A stretch of 64,000 nt of DNA, taken from positions 26,660,001 through 26,724,000 of the forward strand of contig NC_083234.1 in NCBI RefSeq assembly GCF_032191835.1. The letters run 5' to 3'. The notes under the pieces were generated by a model. The model did no database searches. It was not told the origin of the DNA and worked only from the letters and a program-made list of their open reading frames with translations. Within the stretch, counting starts at the first letter, position 1. Each line of letters starts with the position of its first letter. This DNA is from Heteronotia binoei. Taxonomy: Eukaryota. Position numbers and translations under genes: made by a program. Below, piece after piece: positions 47,558 through 60,007 of this stretch.

Positions 47558-48228
47558 CTAAAAGAAAGGGGGCGGGGGGAGAGGAGGAAGAAAGGTAGTG
47601 AAAGTTAGCTCTGCAGCTCAAGAACAAAGCCTCCCAAATACTTCCAAAGCACAAGCCATAAGCCCCCATTCAAACATCTTTGCTCGCAGGCAATACAAAC
47701 TCAAGAATACCCACTTTGCCCTGGAAGCTTGTTGGGTGACCTCCGGACAGCCATGCACCCTCATACAAGGTTGTTGTGAAGATAAAATGGAGGGCAGGAG
47801 AATGATATAAGTCGTTTTGAGTCCCCATTGGGGAGAAAGGTAAAAATGAATAAAATTGAAATGGAAAAGTTACATTTCCTAGCTTCTTGCACAGCCCGCA
47901 GGAGTCTTTAGGAACGCCATTGTTCTCTTTCTTGTTTATACACGCAACCAAGGCTTTTTTTGAGCAGGAATAGACAGGAACGCAGTTCCAGCTGGTGTCA
48001 GGGGTGTGTGGTCTAATATGCAAATGAGTTCCTGCTGGGCTTTTTCTACCAAAAAAGCCCTGACCACAATACAGTGAAAGGCCTTCTTGGCTATCTTTGG
48101 TCAAGTCCTCTTTACAGAAAAGAACTCACACTGTAGCAACCCATCAGACACACCTCCCATTCAACTTTACGCGTCAGACTTTCTCCTGAGCAAGGTCCCA
48201 TTTGGATTCCAAACCAGCAAGGACTCAC

Positions 48229-48449
48229 CTGGAGATCCCTCTCCACCACAACTACCCGAAGTGCATTTCTGTGTGGCTCTCGCATCTTCAGCCAGAAGGC
48301 GACAGACCAGCCAACTATCCCACCTCCAACAATGACTATGTCTGCCCGGTCAGGAGGGTAGTCTTTTGAAATGCCCAGAGGGTTCCAGTCGCTACCAGGA
48401 AGGACTTCTTTCAGCTTGTTGCGGAACTCTGCCATCTCCTTCCCAAACT
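48229..48449 (-). CDS. FOXRED1: FOXRED1 exon 2
   Basis: ADIVIVGGGIVGWSVAFWLK (FAD-binding GxGxxG)...VVVVERDLQ; 221 nt. Confidence 0.96.
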
Positions 48450-49417
48450 CTGTGTGCAAAAGAAAAGTCAGCTAACAACTGAGCTAATATTACTGGTTTC
48501 TGGAATCGGGGAAAAAATAAGTGAAGGCATAATTCTGTATGCATACCGCCAACTTCTGTGGAATGCTAGTCCCCCCCCCCTTTCTTGTAGTTTGCTGTTA
48601 CTTAGTTAACTAGATGGAAACAGTTCAACAAGTAGTATTCTGCATATTCAACAGAGATATAAAGCCACCATTTTTGCTATGAAAAAAAATGCCCATTAAA
48701 AATGCTTTAAATTCAGGGAATCTTTTCTACGCTGATTTGTTTCTCAAGGAGGCCCAGAACATTTTAGTCAAGACCCTGGTGCATTGCCAAAGATTTTGAG
48801 AAGTGTTCCACTCTGCATTTACACAGGGGTCCAGCCAGGCCTGCTGGACTCCTCTGTCAGCTCATTTGAACAACTGAGAATGTACTTTAGAAGCCACTAA
48901 GTTCAAGTCTTCACTCAGTCATGTAACTGACATTGCAGTTTTTAGATCAGTCACTCTCATTTCATTTGCAGGCAAAATGGAGGAAAGGGAAAACCACATG
49001 GAGTATCTTGAAGGGTAGATAGAACAAATTTAGAAGATCCCCGGTGTTGCTCTGCAGCTGCAAATCCCAAGGGGAAATCTGTGATGTGGAACAAGCTCCT
49101 GAAACCATGTAGCCAAGTGGGGTTTTTTTTGAAAAGTTGAACCCACCCCTTTGCCCATTACCCCACATTGGTTCAAAGCTGTCCAAAGATGGCATTTCCT
49201 CTGTGAATAAACAGGAAGTTACCAGGCAACTGAACTAAAGATATAAAATTTCCCAAAATGCTTAAGGGGAAAAGCTAAAATGTAGGCAATGCTTTCTTAT
49301 TTTACTGTTTTAACAGCAAAAATGCATAACATAACTTAATTTGCATATAATGATGTACAATCTATTCCTGTTCTTAAATAGAATTGAAACTTTGGCCTGG
49401 TTCATGATCTCTTAGAA

Positions 49418-49559
49418 CAGGGGTGGCCAATGGTAGCTCTCCAGATGTTTTTTGCCTACAACTCCCATCAGCCCAGCCAGCATGGCCAATGGCTGGGGCT
49501 GATGGCAAAAAACATCTGGAGGTAAAAAACATCTGGAGAGCTACCACTGGCCACCCCTG
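49418..49559. mobile_element. Palindromic hAT-type MITE
   Basis: TIR caggggtggcca; perfect 8-bp TSD tcttagaa. Confidence 0.85.
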
Positions 49560-51799
49560 TCTTAGAAGACCCTGAATCCAAAAAACCCCACATTACCTAA
49601 GAATGACCACCTCCACCATCTCTGAGTGACAGACTTGGGAAGTAAGCTAAAGGAGGTATCATTCACCTTATCTGGCATGGAAGCTTCCAGAGGCATCTGG
49701 CTATTGACCACTGGAAACAAAATACTGGATTAGATGGACTTTGAGTAGATCCAGCAAAATCCAGCTTCTTCCACTCTAGAACATGGGTTACGTTAGTGCA
49801 GACTAGTAATGCAGCAGGGCAGAGCACTGGTTAATAATGTACCAAATGAAACAGCAAAATCTTCATTGGCCTTGGTGGCTTTCATCAGACTCCATGATTC
49901 TCTTGCACTTTGTGCCCCAGTAACTGTACAATAATTGCTTAGTTGTGATAATCCAAGGAGAACTCTGAAGTACTGGCTGCATGGTCAGAACTCATATATT
50001 AAACTAGTAGATTAACAGAGCATACCCAGCAACAGTTAAATCAGTCAACAGATTTTAACATCAAGAACACATTCCTTCCCCCTCCCCCAAAAGAAGCCAG
50101 CTAGTGCCTCTCACAGAAGGCTTCTTCTGACACCTTTTCTACTGCAAGATAAAGTGGTAGAATCCAAAGGTTGTAAACTGGTCTGTGCCACTTCAGCGTG
50201 TGTATGTGAGAGCATATTTTAATGAAGTCCTATATGCAATCAGTAGTGGACAGAAGCTCTCTGAAAGGATACACACAACACAGAATGGACTATCCTAGAA
50301 CTACACACTATTTTTCCAATACTTTATTTGAAACAGGGTTTTTTAATACACAGGGAACATTAAAAATGGATCCCATGCTCTGCCGTAACACAGTTCACTT
50401 GTGCTCGGAAGCAACATCGTTCACTACAATTTCAGGATTTTACCACCACTTTCTGGTGCACCCAGAAATTGAGGCCTGAATTAAACATAACAATGAGACA
50501 AAAAGCTACATGTATGTGCTTAATTAGCCAAGGAGAGTTCTATGGCCTCCACAGATATTGCACTGGCTTGCTAACTAAGGCACAGGCACCTGTTTTTCAC
50601 AAGTACCACCGCAGCTGCAATGAGAGGTCAGGTGGATTCAAAGTCACACAGGCAACATCTTTTGCTTCACACAATATTTCAATTAAGCCTCAAATCCAGA
50701 TCCATACAGCCTGGAAAATGAGGTGGGATAAAAGGTAATGAAATGGAACTTCAGACAGGTGGGTTTTGTTTTGTTTTTTGGAACATCAGGTGTATATTTT
50801 GAATTTCCTCCATCATAGAATTTCAAGACAGTGTTGAAAGATGTCCCCAGCAGCCTCTCATCCAGGCACCAAGATCAACAAAGTTGCTGCCCTGTGAACC
50901 TTCAGAATATCCTGGGGTTGTTCTCTAGATGTTTTTTTTTTCAAAATGCAAAGACAACAGAACACACAAAGCTGCCTTATTCTGAATCAGACCCTTAGTC
51001 CATCCAAGTCAGTCTTTTCTACTCAGATGGGCAGCGGCTGTCAAGCGTCTCAGTCTGAAGTCTTTCTCATTACCTACTGCCTGGTCCTTTTCACTGGAGA
51101 TGCCAGGGATTGAACCTGGGACCTTCTGCATGCCCAGCAGATGCTCTCTACCACTAATCCACTAGTCCCTCCCTTAATTCAACTAGAACACTAGCAAAAA
51201 TAAAGAAAAGGTTCTGCCTCCACTTGCAGCAGCATTTTTAGTAGTAAAAGAAATTTAACAAGGCAGAACATCCTAAAGCAATGGGCAGCTTGGAGACACA
51301 AAATGCATTTTGCCATTTTGACCTCTTGCACTGGCACTGGGGTGGCCAACCTTGCTTAAGGTAAGAGCCACATAGAATAAATATCAGATATTTGAGAGCA
51401 AGGAATGAAGGATAGGAGAGGGAGAAAGAGGTGGAAAGAAAGCAACTTTAAATGCATTCTTCCAGTTCGCTTGGCTTGAAGAAGTGATTTAAAGAGACAA
51501 ATGCCTTCTCCAAGCTGACCAACAGGGTGGTAGGAACTTCAAGAGCCACACAATAAGTGTGAAAGAGCCACATGTAGCTCTCAAACCACAACTGGCCAAC
51601 GCCTGCCGTATAAGCAACCCCTGAAAACATGCTTCCCTCACTCCTCAAGCGTTGGTGCTTTTCCTGGTTTAGCCGTCCAACCATAGAACTAGAGCAGGGG
51701 AGTCCACCCTGGTTAAAAACCCCACTTGCTCCTCCTGTTGAGAGACCAGCCGTTCTCTCTCAGCTCACAGGATTGTTGCAGGGCGACATGCAAATCAAG

Positions 51800-52185
51800 A
51801 ATCATAGAAATGGAAGGCACCTCCAGTGTCATCTAGTCCAACCTCCTGCATAATACAGGAAACTCACAAATAACCTTCCCTTAAATTCACAGGATCTTCA
51901 TTGCTGTCAGATGGCCATCTAGCCTCTGTTTAAAAACCTCCAAGGAAGGAGAGCCCACCACCTCTCGAGGAAGCCTGTTCCACTGAGGAACTGCTCTGTC
52001 AGGAAGTTCTTCCTAATGTTGAGCCAGAAACTCTTCTGATTTAATTTCAACCCATTGGTTCTGGGGCCACAGAAAACAATTCCACCCCATCCTCTATATG
52101 GCAGGCCTTCAAGTACTTGAAGACGATGATCAAATCACCTCTCAGCTGCCTCCTCTCCAGGCTAAACATGCCCAGCTCCTTCCGG
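51800..52185 (-). mobile_element. CR1 LINE 3' fragment
   Basis: [24 protein letters not shown], ending in a (ttctatga)-type tail. Confidence 0.85.
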
Positions 52186-52319
52186 ACCATATATGCTGTC
52201 CTGGATTCCTCTGAAGGAGCAGGATAAAGGCAACAGAATACAGATTTTTTAAAAACCACACTTTTTAGTATATAGCCAAATGCACCCACAGCATGCATTT
52301 ATTAAGAAGATTTTATTAC

Positions 52320-52470
52320 CCCAGGAACCAGGAGGCTCACGGAAGCGGTCGCGTTGCCGGGACTTCCTAGTGCAGAATTGCCGGCGAGGCTCCACGAGGT
52401 TGACGGAGGGCCGCGCAGCCGCCGCCACCAGCGGCCGCAGCCGGCCGAGCATCACCCCGCCACGGATCAT
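52320..52470 (-). CDS. FOXRED1: FOXRED1 exon 1 (Arg-rich mitochondrial presequence-like; alternative ATG at 52452)
   Basis: MIRGGVMLGRLRPLVAAAARPS...; donor G|gtaata, phase 1. All 11 exons sum to 1527 nt, an intact frame. Confidence 0.85.
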
Positions 52471-52538
52471 CCCCAAGTCGGAATGAAAGCGCCATAAACG
52501 CAAAAGGCGCTGAAGGTCAACGCCCCGCCTCCAGGGCC

Positions 52539-52557
52539 CCAATTGGTCGAATCCACG
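52539..52557 (+). promoter_or_regulatory. ERSE (CCAAT-N9-CCACG)
   Basis: Exact match CCAAT tggtcgaat CCACG, ~70-90 nt upstream of the FOXRED1 ATG, next to a GC box and a second CCAAT. Confidence 0.7.
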
Positions 52558-52619
52558 CCAATTACTTTCTTTAAGCTACGCCCCCTCTGTAGCCGTCTCA
52601 CAGGTCTGAGAAGACAGCG

Positions 52620-53100
52620 ATGAAGCAGTAGAACAAAGTAAGACTCAAGCTGCACCTTTAAGACCATCAGCGTTTTATTCAGAATGTAAGCTTTCGTATT
52701 TGCATGCACACTTCATCAGACGAGGAATCAAGTACAGTGAGCAGCTACATATAGCTGGTAGGCAGCGGCTTAGAATGCTAAATGTTACAAATTTAAGATC
52801 CAATGACAGAATAGCAAAATTAACAAATTTACCTTTAAGACCAACAAAAGCTTTATTCAGAATGTAAGCTTTTGTGTGTGCATGCACACTTCTTCAGAGG
52901 AGGAATCAGGTATAGCGAGCGGAGCTACATATAGCTGGGTAGGTAGCAGCTTAGAATGCAAAATGTTACAATTTAAGATCCAATGACAGCATAGCAAAAT
53001 TAACAAATTGAGCAAACCTTTGATCTGGGTAGCATGAGCGTGAGAAATCAATAAAACAGTTAACATGTCAAATTGTGAGAATGTCTTAATCACTTCTGTT
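52620..53100 (-). mobile_element. Penelope-like tandem pseudo-LTR fragments with minimal hammerhead motifs
   Basis: Two ~185-nt tandem copies, each with CTGA(T/A)GA-A-stem-(G/A)AAAGCTTAC followed by aataaa...ggtcttaaaggt. Confidence 0.65.
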
Positions 53101-53487
53101 AATCACTCTATTGTTATAAGCCTGGTCAAAATGAGGGCATTTCTTTCTCACAAGTTTTCCCCATCCAACTAATTTAACTTTTATCATGCAACATATATAA
53201 TTTCCCATTAGAAAAAAATACATTAAAATATAGTGGAAGAGGGGTTTATGTAATGAGATAAACAGCCAATATCCCTATTTTGAGTATTTCAATACAAAAA
53301 ATTATTCTGATACACTATGCTAATAAAGAGACCAGCTGCTCCCCCCCCCCCAATAAAATCCTGCCCATCGCTTATCTCGCACGTCTCTATTGGAGGGAAC
53401 TCTACCAATCATCTCTTTGTTCTTCCTCACCCACCCCTTTATCCCATCACTAGCTCCAACGAAGGATTTGAAGGCACGTGTCTCTTT

Positions 53488-53498
53488 CGTGGTCCAAT
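53488..53498 (-). promoter_or_regulatory. ERSE-II (ATTGG-N-CCACG)
   Basis: Plus strand CGTGGTCCAAT is ATTGG-A-CCACG on the minus strand; exact match. Confidence 0.7.
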
Positions 53499-53677
53499 CA
53501 GTGATCAGAGAATGCGGGAGGCGTGCGCGCGTGGAGAAACAGAGATCCAAGTGGCAGAGAGACCTTTCGGATGGACTCTCTTTCCTCGCTCTCTATGGTT
53601 TGTTCCTCCGACGATGACGAGACCCAATCATCGATCTTCTTTTCTCCATCGGTCACCCATCTCTTTTCGACCGGCCG

Positions 53678-53723
53678 CTTCCGGCGGAAGTGACGCGTGG
53701 CGTTAGAGACTAATCTGACGTGG
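53678..53723 (+). promoter_or_regulatory. SRPRA core promoter: paired ETS sites and UPRE
   Basis: CTTCCGG/CGGAAGT at 53678-53691; TGACGTGG at 53716-53723; several CCAAT boxes upstream. Confidence 0.65.
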
Positions 53724-53822
53724 GTCAGGAAGTCGGGCTGGTTTCCCGGCGCCTCAGACCCGTTACCTCAACTTCTCCCCTTCCTTCCCCCGGGCGAGGC
53801 CCGGAGCCCCCCGGAGTCCACC

Positions 53823-53948
53823 ATGCTCGATTTCTTCACCATCTTCAGCAAAGGAGGCCTTGTGCTGTGGTGCTTCCAGGGCGTGCGCGGCCCCGCGGCG
53901 GCCTGCACTGCGCCCGTGAACGCGCTTATTCGGTCCGTCCTGCTCCAG
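53823..53948 (+). CDS. SRPRA: Signal recognition particle receptor subunit alpha, exon 1
   Basis: MLDFFTIFSKGGLVLWCFQG...VNALIRSVLLQ; Kozak-like ccaccATG; CAG|gtgaga. Confidence 0.97.
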
Positions 53949-55302
53949 GTGAGAGAGAGAGAGAGAAGTCCTTGTTTTTCTACCCCTCAAACAGTCAGGC
54001 CTTCGTTCGCTTGCGGCTTCTCGGGCTTTGAGGAGAGATCTTTTCTTCGGAGTTTTTTGTCCTCATGGAAACAACAGAAAATACTTCGCGTATTTCAGAG
54101 TGCTTCACGTACATTCTCGCTGTGGGCCTTGCAAGAGGCCTGTAAGTTCTATTTCTTAGACCAGTTTTGTGTTCTATTTGCCTTATGTGATCTCCAGCTG
54201 GAATTAGTGCGTACTTTTACTTATAGCTTTGGTGCATCAGTTAGTTATTCATACAAATTCTGTTTGCTTGTTTTTGGTAAAAGCATTTATACTGTTATCC
54301 ACATTTACCAATCGTAAAATGATATATGTTATTTGTTGTACCTGTGGTATGTTTTAATTTGTTCCGGGTTACTCTGTTCTTTGATGTTTCTAAATTACTC
54401 TTGATTGCTTAAATGTAGCAGACACATATTCTAAATAAAATAATTTTGTTTTTTTTTAAAAAAACAACAACACAAGAGGCCTGTAAGGCAGGCCAGTATT
54501 GTTCATCATGTATGGTAGAGCTGGTGTTGCACTGGCATACTTTGCCTGGTGAGCTTATGCAGTAGAAAAGGGCCAGAGTCCAGTAACACCTTATGTCTAG
54601 CAACATTTGTGGCAGGGGATGAGGTCTCATGAGTCAGTACTGCTCTCTTTTTCTGAGGATGAGCTTGTGGTTGAGGTGAGATTTGAACCAGTGGCCTCCT
54701 GGATCATAGCCCCCATTTCTCCTCCCTTCTGTGCTTCAGCCATATCTGTTTCCTGGGAAGTTATTTTGTGTTAGGTTTTGAAGGACACAGATCAGGGAAG
54801 AAATTGGATTTCTGCAATAAATAAGGATGCCAGGATGTTGACTGCAAAATCAGTAGATACATTAGTGTGTGCGCATGCATATTTGTACACCTTAAAACTG
54901 AACATATTATTGTCATGTTGCATGACGTTTTGGGGACCTTACAGTAAAGAAAGGAAATGATGGAATAAAAAATTTCAGCAAGGCGCAAGTTCAAAATGTG
55001 TAGGGCATTTAATTTCGCAGTTTACTGGAAATGAGTTGTGTTTTCCGTTGGGAAATGTATGGGAGTATCTGCACTTCTAAATAAGCCTGGCAATTAAATT
55101 ACAGGTTTGAATGCTAAAGTATAATATTCCCTCCAGAGAGATTTCTTATTTTAGCAATTTCCTGTTTTCTAGCAGCTGCCTCTTAGTTCAGAAAATAATA
55201 GTATATTAAATATAGTATATGTAATAGTGATTAGATTGTTTGGTATCAGTCTATGCACCTGCTGTGTTTCCAGGGATTTTGGAGGGGGCTTTGCAGTACA
55301 CA

Positions 55303-55486
55303 CAGGGCTTTTTTTTGTAACAGGAACTCCTTTGTATAGTAGGCCACATACCCCTGATGAAGCTGATCCTCCAAGAGCTTACAGGACTCTTTAGTACAGG
55401 GTCTACTGTAAGCTCCAGGAGGATTGGCTACATCAGGGGTGTGTGGCCCAATATGCAAAGGAGTTCCTGCTGCAAAAAAAGCCCTG
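55303..55486. mobile_element. Palindromic hAT-type MITE (CAGGGCTTTTTT family); partial relatives at ~35805-35995, ~36850-37027, ~47955-48062
   Basis: TIR cagggctttttt / aaaaaaagccctg; perfect 8-bp TSD agtacaca. Confidence 0.85.
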
Positions 55487-56694
55487 AGTACACATGAAAA
55501 GGTGGTTCTGTGTGAGGGAACAAAAAGTGAAGGCATCCCCTCTCCCAAGTTTTTTCTCCCTGGATTTCATTCTGTAGCCCTTCTTCCCTCTGCTATTTCA
55601 ATATAACCCATCCCTTGAGCTTATCGCAACCCTCTTTCCTTGTTCAAGAGCAGTAATGCAAAGGTCACTTATTTCCAAGTATTCTGGAGTATTTCTTAAG
55701 CTGGACTTCTCTGCTTGCCTGTGTATGGTTTCCCCACCTAACAATAATACGTTTTTCACTTTAAAGCATAAGGAGGAAAGTGCAGAGGGAGGGATAGTAG
55801 TACACCCTTGGTGGAACAGCAGTGTGTATTTGAGATATTTTATTTGCACATCATATCTCATACCATCAATCTGAAAGAACTCTTAGAACTGATTAGATGA
55901 GTCTAATAGATGTGCATCCTGTTGTCAGGATTCACGTAGTGGCTCCTGCCATGTTTTGCTTTGTTTTTTTCTGTTGCTGTCATATCATATATTGTTGTGG
56001 GAATGGGTTAGGCTATTATGTATCTCACGGAGAAAGTGTGGTCGCTGGGCCTTCCTCCATTGCTCTGTACCATCGGGAGCCTGGGAATAAGATAAGGAGA
56101 TTAGTTCCCTGTGAACAATGAAGAGTTATGTCTTTGAAGGCCTGAGAAGGGGGGAAGTGCTCTTGGTTTTGGGAATGCATTTAATGTCTGTAAGTTTCAG
56201 TTTCACTTCTAGCAAAGCCTCCATACGGAAAGGTTTAAACTGATAGCATGCCAATAAAGCTTCATCTATGCTTTCATAAGTAGAAATCTATCCGAGTGTT
56301 ACTTGGCAAAACCTCACACCTCATACTTGGCAAAACCTCACACTTTGGTCTGGGCTCAAATCTACACAGGAAGTTTAAAATGGTGCTTCTGATTTTCTTG
56401 TCATAGAGTTTTTGCTTAAACTAAACTAAACTAAACGTCTGTGATGTAGCGGCTGCTGCCACGATATTCTTCTGTCTTTGTTTCCTTTACACAAAGAGAG
56501 TTTGAGGCTGATGTGATGATTTGACTATCATTATCCTGTGTCTCAGGCAGGTAATCTTGATCTTGTCCTTCGGGTCCAAGCTTGATTCTTTAGCCATTGG
56601 ACCTCAATTTAGAAGGCTGTTTTCCAGCCAGAGTATACTCTTTGCGGTTTTTCTCTGCTTTGAGTTGCCATATGGTACTGCCCTGCAAACATGT

Positions 56695-56948
56695 CTGCCC
56701 TGCAAAGAGTGATTAACATGTGGAATTCACTGCCACAGGAGGTAGTGGCGGCCACAAGCATAGCCACCTTCAAGAGGGGTTTAGATAAAAATATGGAGCA
56801 GAGGTCCATCAGTGGCTATTAGCTACTGTGTGTGTGTGTGTATATATATATATATTAAAAACAATTGTTTTGCCACTGTGTGACACAGAGTGTTGGACTG
56901 GATGGGCCATTGGCCTGATCTAACATGGCTTCTCTTATGTTCTTATGT
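56695..56948 (+). mobile_element. CR1 LINE 3' end
   Basis: QRVINMWNSLPQEVVAATSIATFKRGLDK followed by a 3' UTR ending (ttatgttc)n. Confidence 0.85.
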
Positions 56949-57628
56949 TCCTTGTTTTAGAATGCACCTTCATGGGACATAGAAAATGTTTAGCAATATC
57001 CTGTTGTATTGGAACATTTCCTCAGGTTATCTTTTCTCAGCACACTACCTTAAATCCTTTAGAACTGTCTGAGATTCACCCTATGCACATACATGCACAA
57101 TGTTCCTATTTTGATTTCTTCAGAAGCAGACAAATTCTCCGTATGCATTTCACAAAGCCAAGATAGTTCAATAGAAGTTGTACCAAGAATGCTTACTGAG
57201 TGTTTTGTTATACTGGCAGGATAAATGACAATAAAGCTGGAATGTAGATTGTCATGAGCCATTGTGTTGTGAGCATAGGATAGTTGATCCTGGACAACAA
57301 AAAGTCTTGATCTTGTTTTGGCAAAACCTGTGTTGCTGGTTGAGTTGAAGGAGGTCAGAGGTAAACCAAATGACTTTGAAACGATAGATGTTTATAACCA
57401 GCTCTGGGAAAATCTAAGATACCTGGTTGCTTGGATACTTGCATTTGATACTGCCTCCTAGGATTTGAGGGGGAAAATGCTAGCCTTCCTGCACAGCAGA
57501 CAGAAAAAAGTAGGTCACTGGCCAACAAAATTGGAGCTTAATTTTTACGGGTTCTGTAATGTGGGCCTTATGTGAGTCAGCATGTCTTGCTAATGTACTC
57601 CTACCCCCCCACCCCCCTTTCTTTTCAG

Positions 57629-57712
57629 GAGCGAGGTGGCAGTAACTCTTTCACCCATGAAGCCCTTACGCTAAAGTACAAATTGGACAATCAGTTTGAG
57701 TTGGTCTTTGTG
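57629..57712 (+). CDS. SRPRA: SRPRA exon 2
   Basis: ERGGSNSFTHEALTLKYKLDNQFELVFV; 84 nt. Confidence 0.97.
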
Positions 57713-58036
57713 GTAAGTGTGCTACTGTGTTTGAGGCAAGAAACAAAAACAGGAGAGCTTCTGAAAGGCTGCAGAAGAACAAATAGTGTTTTGAAAGATT
57801 TTTTTCTCCTCCCATGGTTGCTGAGTCTGTCAGCTGTCATTCTGTTTCCTTTGATTTGGAAAACTCTGAATGGCACTGAGTCTTCCACTGCCCTTTGTCT
57901 TGATGGCTGCCTTTCAGAAATGTTCATTTTTCTTTGGCTTATTCACTGTTTAGAAAGAACTGTGCAAGAGCTGCCAATTTTTAGCTAATTAAAATGTTGT
58001 TGTCATTTTTCTGATAATATCACGGTTCTCTGGCAG

Positions 58037-58200
58037 GTTGGATTTCAAAAAATTCTGACCCTAACGTATGTGGACAAGTTGATAGATGATGTTCATAAGG
58101 AGTTCCGGGACAAATATCGCAATGAATTCCAGCAGAAGGGAACTCTTGGGCTTCTCAATGGCACCTTTGATTTTAAAGAAGATTTTTTACGCCTCTTACG
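58037..58200 (+). CDS. SRPRA: SRPRA exon 3
   Basis: VGFQKILTLTYVDKLIDDVHKEFRDKY...DFLRLLR; 164 nt. Confidence 0.97.
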
Positions 58201-59290
58201 GTAACATTAGGCTTTCAGCAGCACCAACGATCCTGTTTGTTGTCGTGTTCCAAGTGTTTTATATTCTGCAAGCTGAGGACTTGGGCTCAGTAGACGTGAG
58301 GAGTACAGGCAGAAGGGAGCTTGGCCCTACTAATAAACTGTGTCTTTGCTGTGTTTGGCTTTTCCCAAGCTCATCATGTCTTTTGGATAAAACTGGACTG
58401 CAGTTAGAAAAAAGCTGCCCATTAGCAGAGCTATATATGTATATATTTCCCTCTGGGTTCTGAGGCATTTATTAAACTAAGCCAAATGGCCTTCTGGTCT
58501 TCCGAGCTTGGTTCCTTACAGCCTGCAGTGATGCACTAAGAGCCAAGACTGGGTCTGCGCTTGCCAGTATCTCTCCACCAGCTTTCAGATTCAAGGTTGG
58601 CTGAAGGCATAGTTGTGGCCTTAAGAGATGACCAGTCATTCTTCATTAAGAATTGTCCACGTATGCCCAATACTGTGTTTAGGAGGGAAAGCAGCAGGGG
58701 CAGCACTACCAAGTAGGAAAACAAGAGGAGATAGATCTCAGCAGGGGCCAGGAGATGATGCATTGGAAGTAAGGTAGAAAGTTACTACAATCAGTGGTTT
58801 TTGAGTCAGTTTTTCAAGGTCAGCTAGGTCCCCTAGAAAGCAGCATGTGACTAATAGCTTTGTTTGCCCTCAAAAAAGCAGTTACTCTACTTGTGTTTGT
58901 TTTTAGCAGAGTTCTAAAAACACTTTGCTATCAGTAGCTTGTTTCTTAGCACTTGCTGAGATCCAGCACTAGCATTAAACCCTGATTTCATGAAAGGCTG
59001 GTTTTGAGTATTTTTTTTTGTATTCGCTAGGAAACTTCAATGGGGAGAATTACAAGGGGGGAAAAATCACCAAGTGCTAGCATTGTAGGGTCATAGTGTG
59101 TTTAATTTTTGAAAAAGAGATAGACGAAAGGTTTGTTGCTTCAGGGCAAGGAGAGAAACATGGTCAGATCATTCCATATGATGTTCCGAGGTCTCTAGGA
59201 GGAAGGTAGGGACAGAAATTCCAAACATGTATTGTTCTGCATGGTGATTAATGGGCACAGTTATTTAACCTCCCCCCCCCTTTCAACCAG

Positions 59291-59451
59291 GGAAGCAGAG
59301 GAGAGCAGTAAAGTCCGAGCTCCCACTGCCATGAAGACATTTGAACAGTCGGCAAAGTCCCAAAAAACAGTGAAGTCTATGATAGAAATTCGTGGGGAGA
59401 AACCAAAAGAGAAAACTAAGAACAAGAAAAACAAAGGTTCCAAAAAAGAAG
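59291..59451 (+). CDS. SRPRA: SRPRA exon 4
   Basis: EAEESSKVRAPTAMKTFEQSAKSQKTVKSMIE...; 161 nt. Confidence 0.96.
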
Positions 59452-59850
59452 GTGAGTAGGTAACTGCCATGCCTGTTTTGGTGTAGATCCATAAAGCTAA
59501 AATGTTAGGGATTTTTTTTTTACTGTTCTGCATGCCTCACTATACATACAGCTGTGTAAAATGCTCACACTCAAAGTTAAATAAATATGGACATCCTGAC
59601 ATGCAAATGTTCAGTAGCCTTAGTTGAGGAGGAAAAGCTTCAGATGTATATTATCGAACTCATTTTACTGAGTGATGCCTCCCTTTCCCCAATTCAGGCT
59701 TTTGTGGATAAAGTTGGATTTGCACAGTTGGACAAGCTTAGCAGCGCTCATTTGTTTTTCACTGTTTTCTCTTAAGGCCAGGACTGCCACTCCTCTGTTC
59801 TTCTGTACTGCTGTGTTTTATTCTAACAGTTCCATTTTAATAAGTTTCAG

Positions 59851-60007
59851 GAGCTGAAGTAGCTGCAGCCCCCAAAGTGCCGCCAGCTGTTAAGGAGGAC
59901 CTTCCTGTTGCAGCCGGAGACAGGGAGGAACTATCCAAGGATGAGATCCTGCAGAAGAACCGGGAGGAATTCTTCAGGAAACGCCTGAGGGGGGGAGATA
60001 AATCCAA
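59851..60007 (+). CDS. SRPRA: SRPRA exon 5
   Basis: ...ELSKDEILQKNREEFFRKR...; tttcag|...|gtaagc; phases fit. Confidence 0.92.

Noticed and set aside
14283-51170. tRNA-like and 5S rRNA-like sequences
   Set aside because: All are SINE heads fused to LINE-like tails; none forms a complete cloverleaf or a full 5S gene.
53697-54317. 206-aa ORF as a full SRPRA-like protein
   Set aside because: Only 53823-53948 is coding; the rest is 5' sequence and intron 1 read-through.
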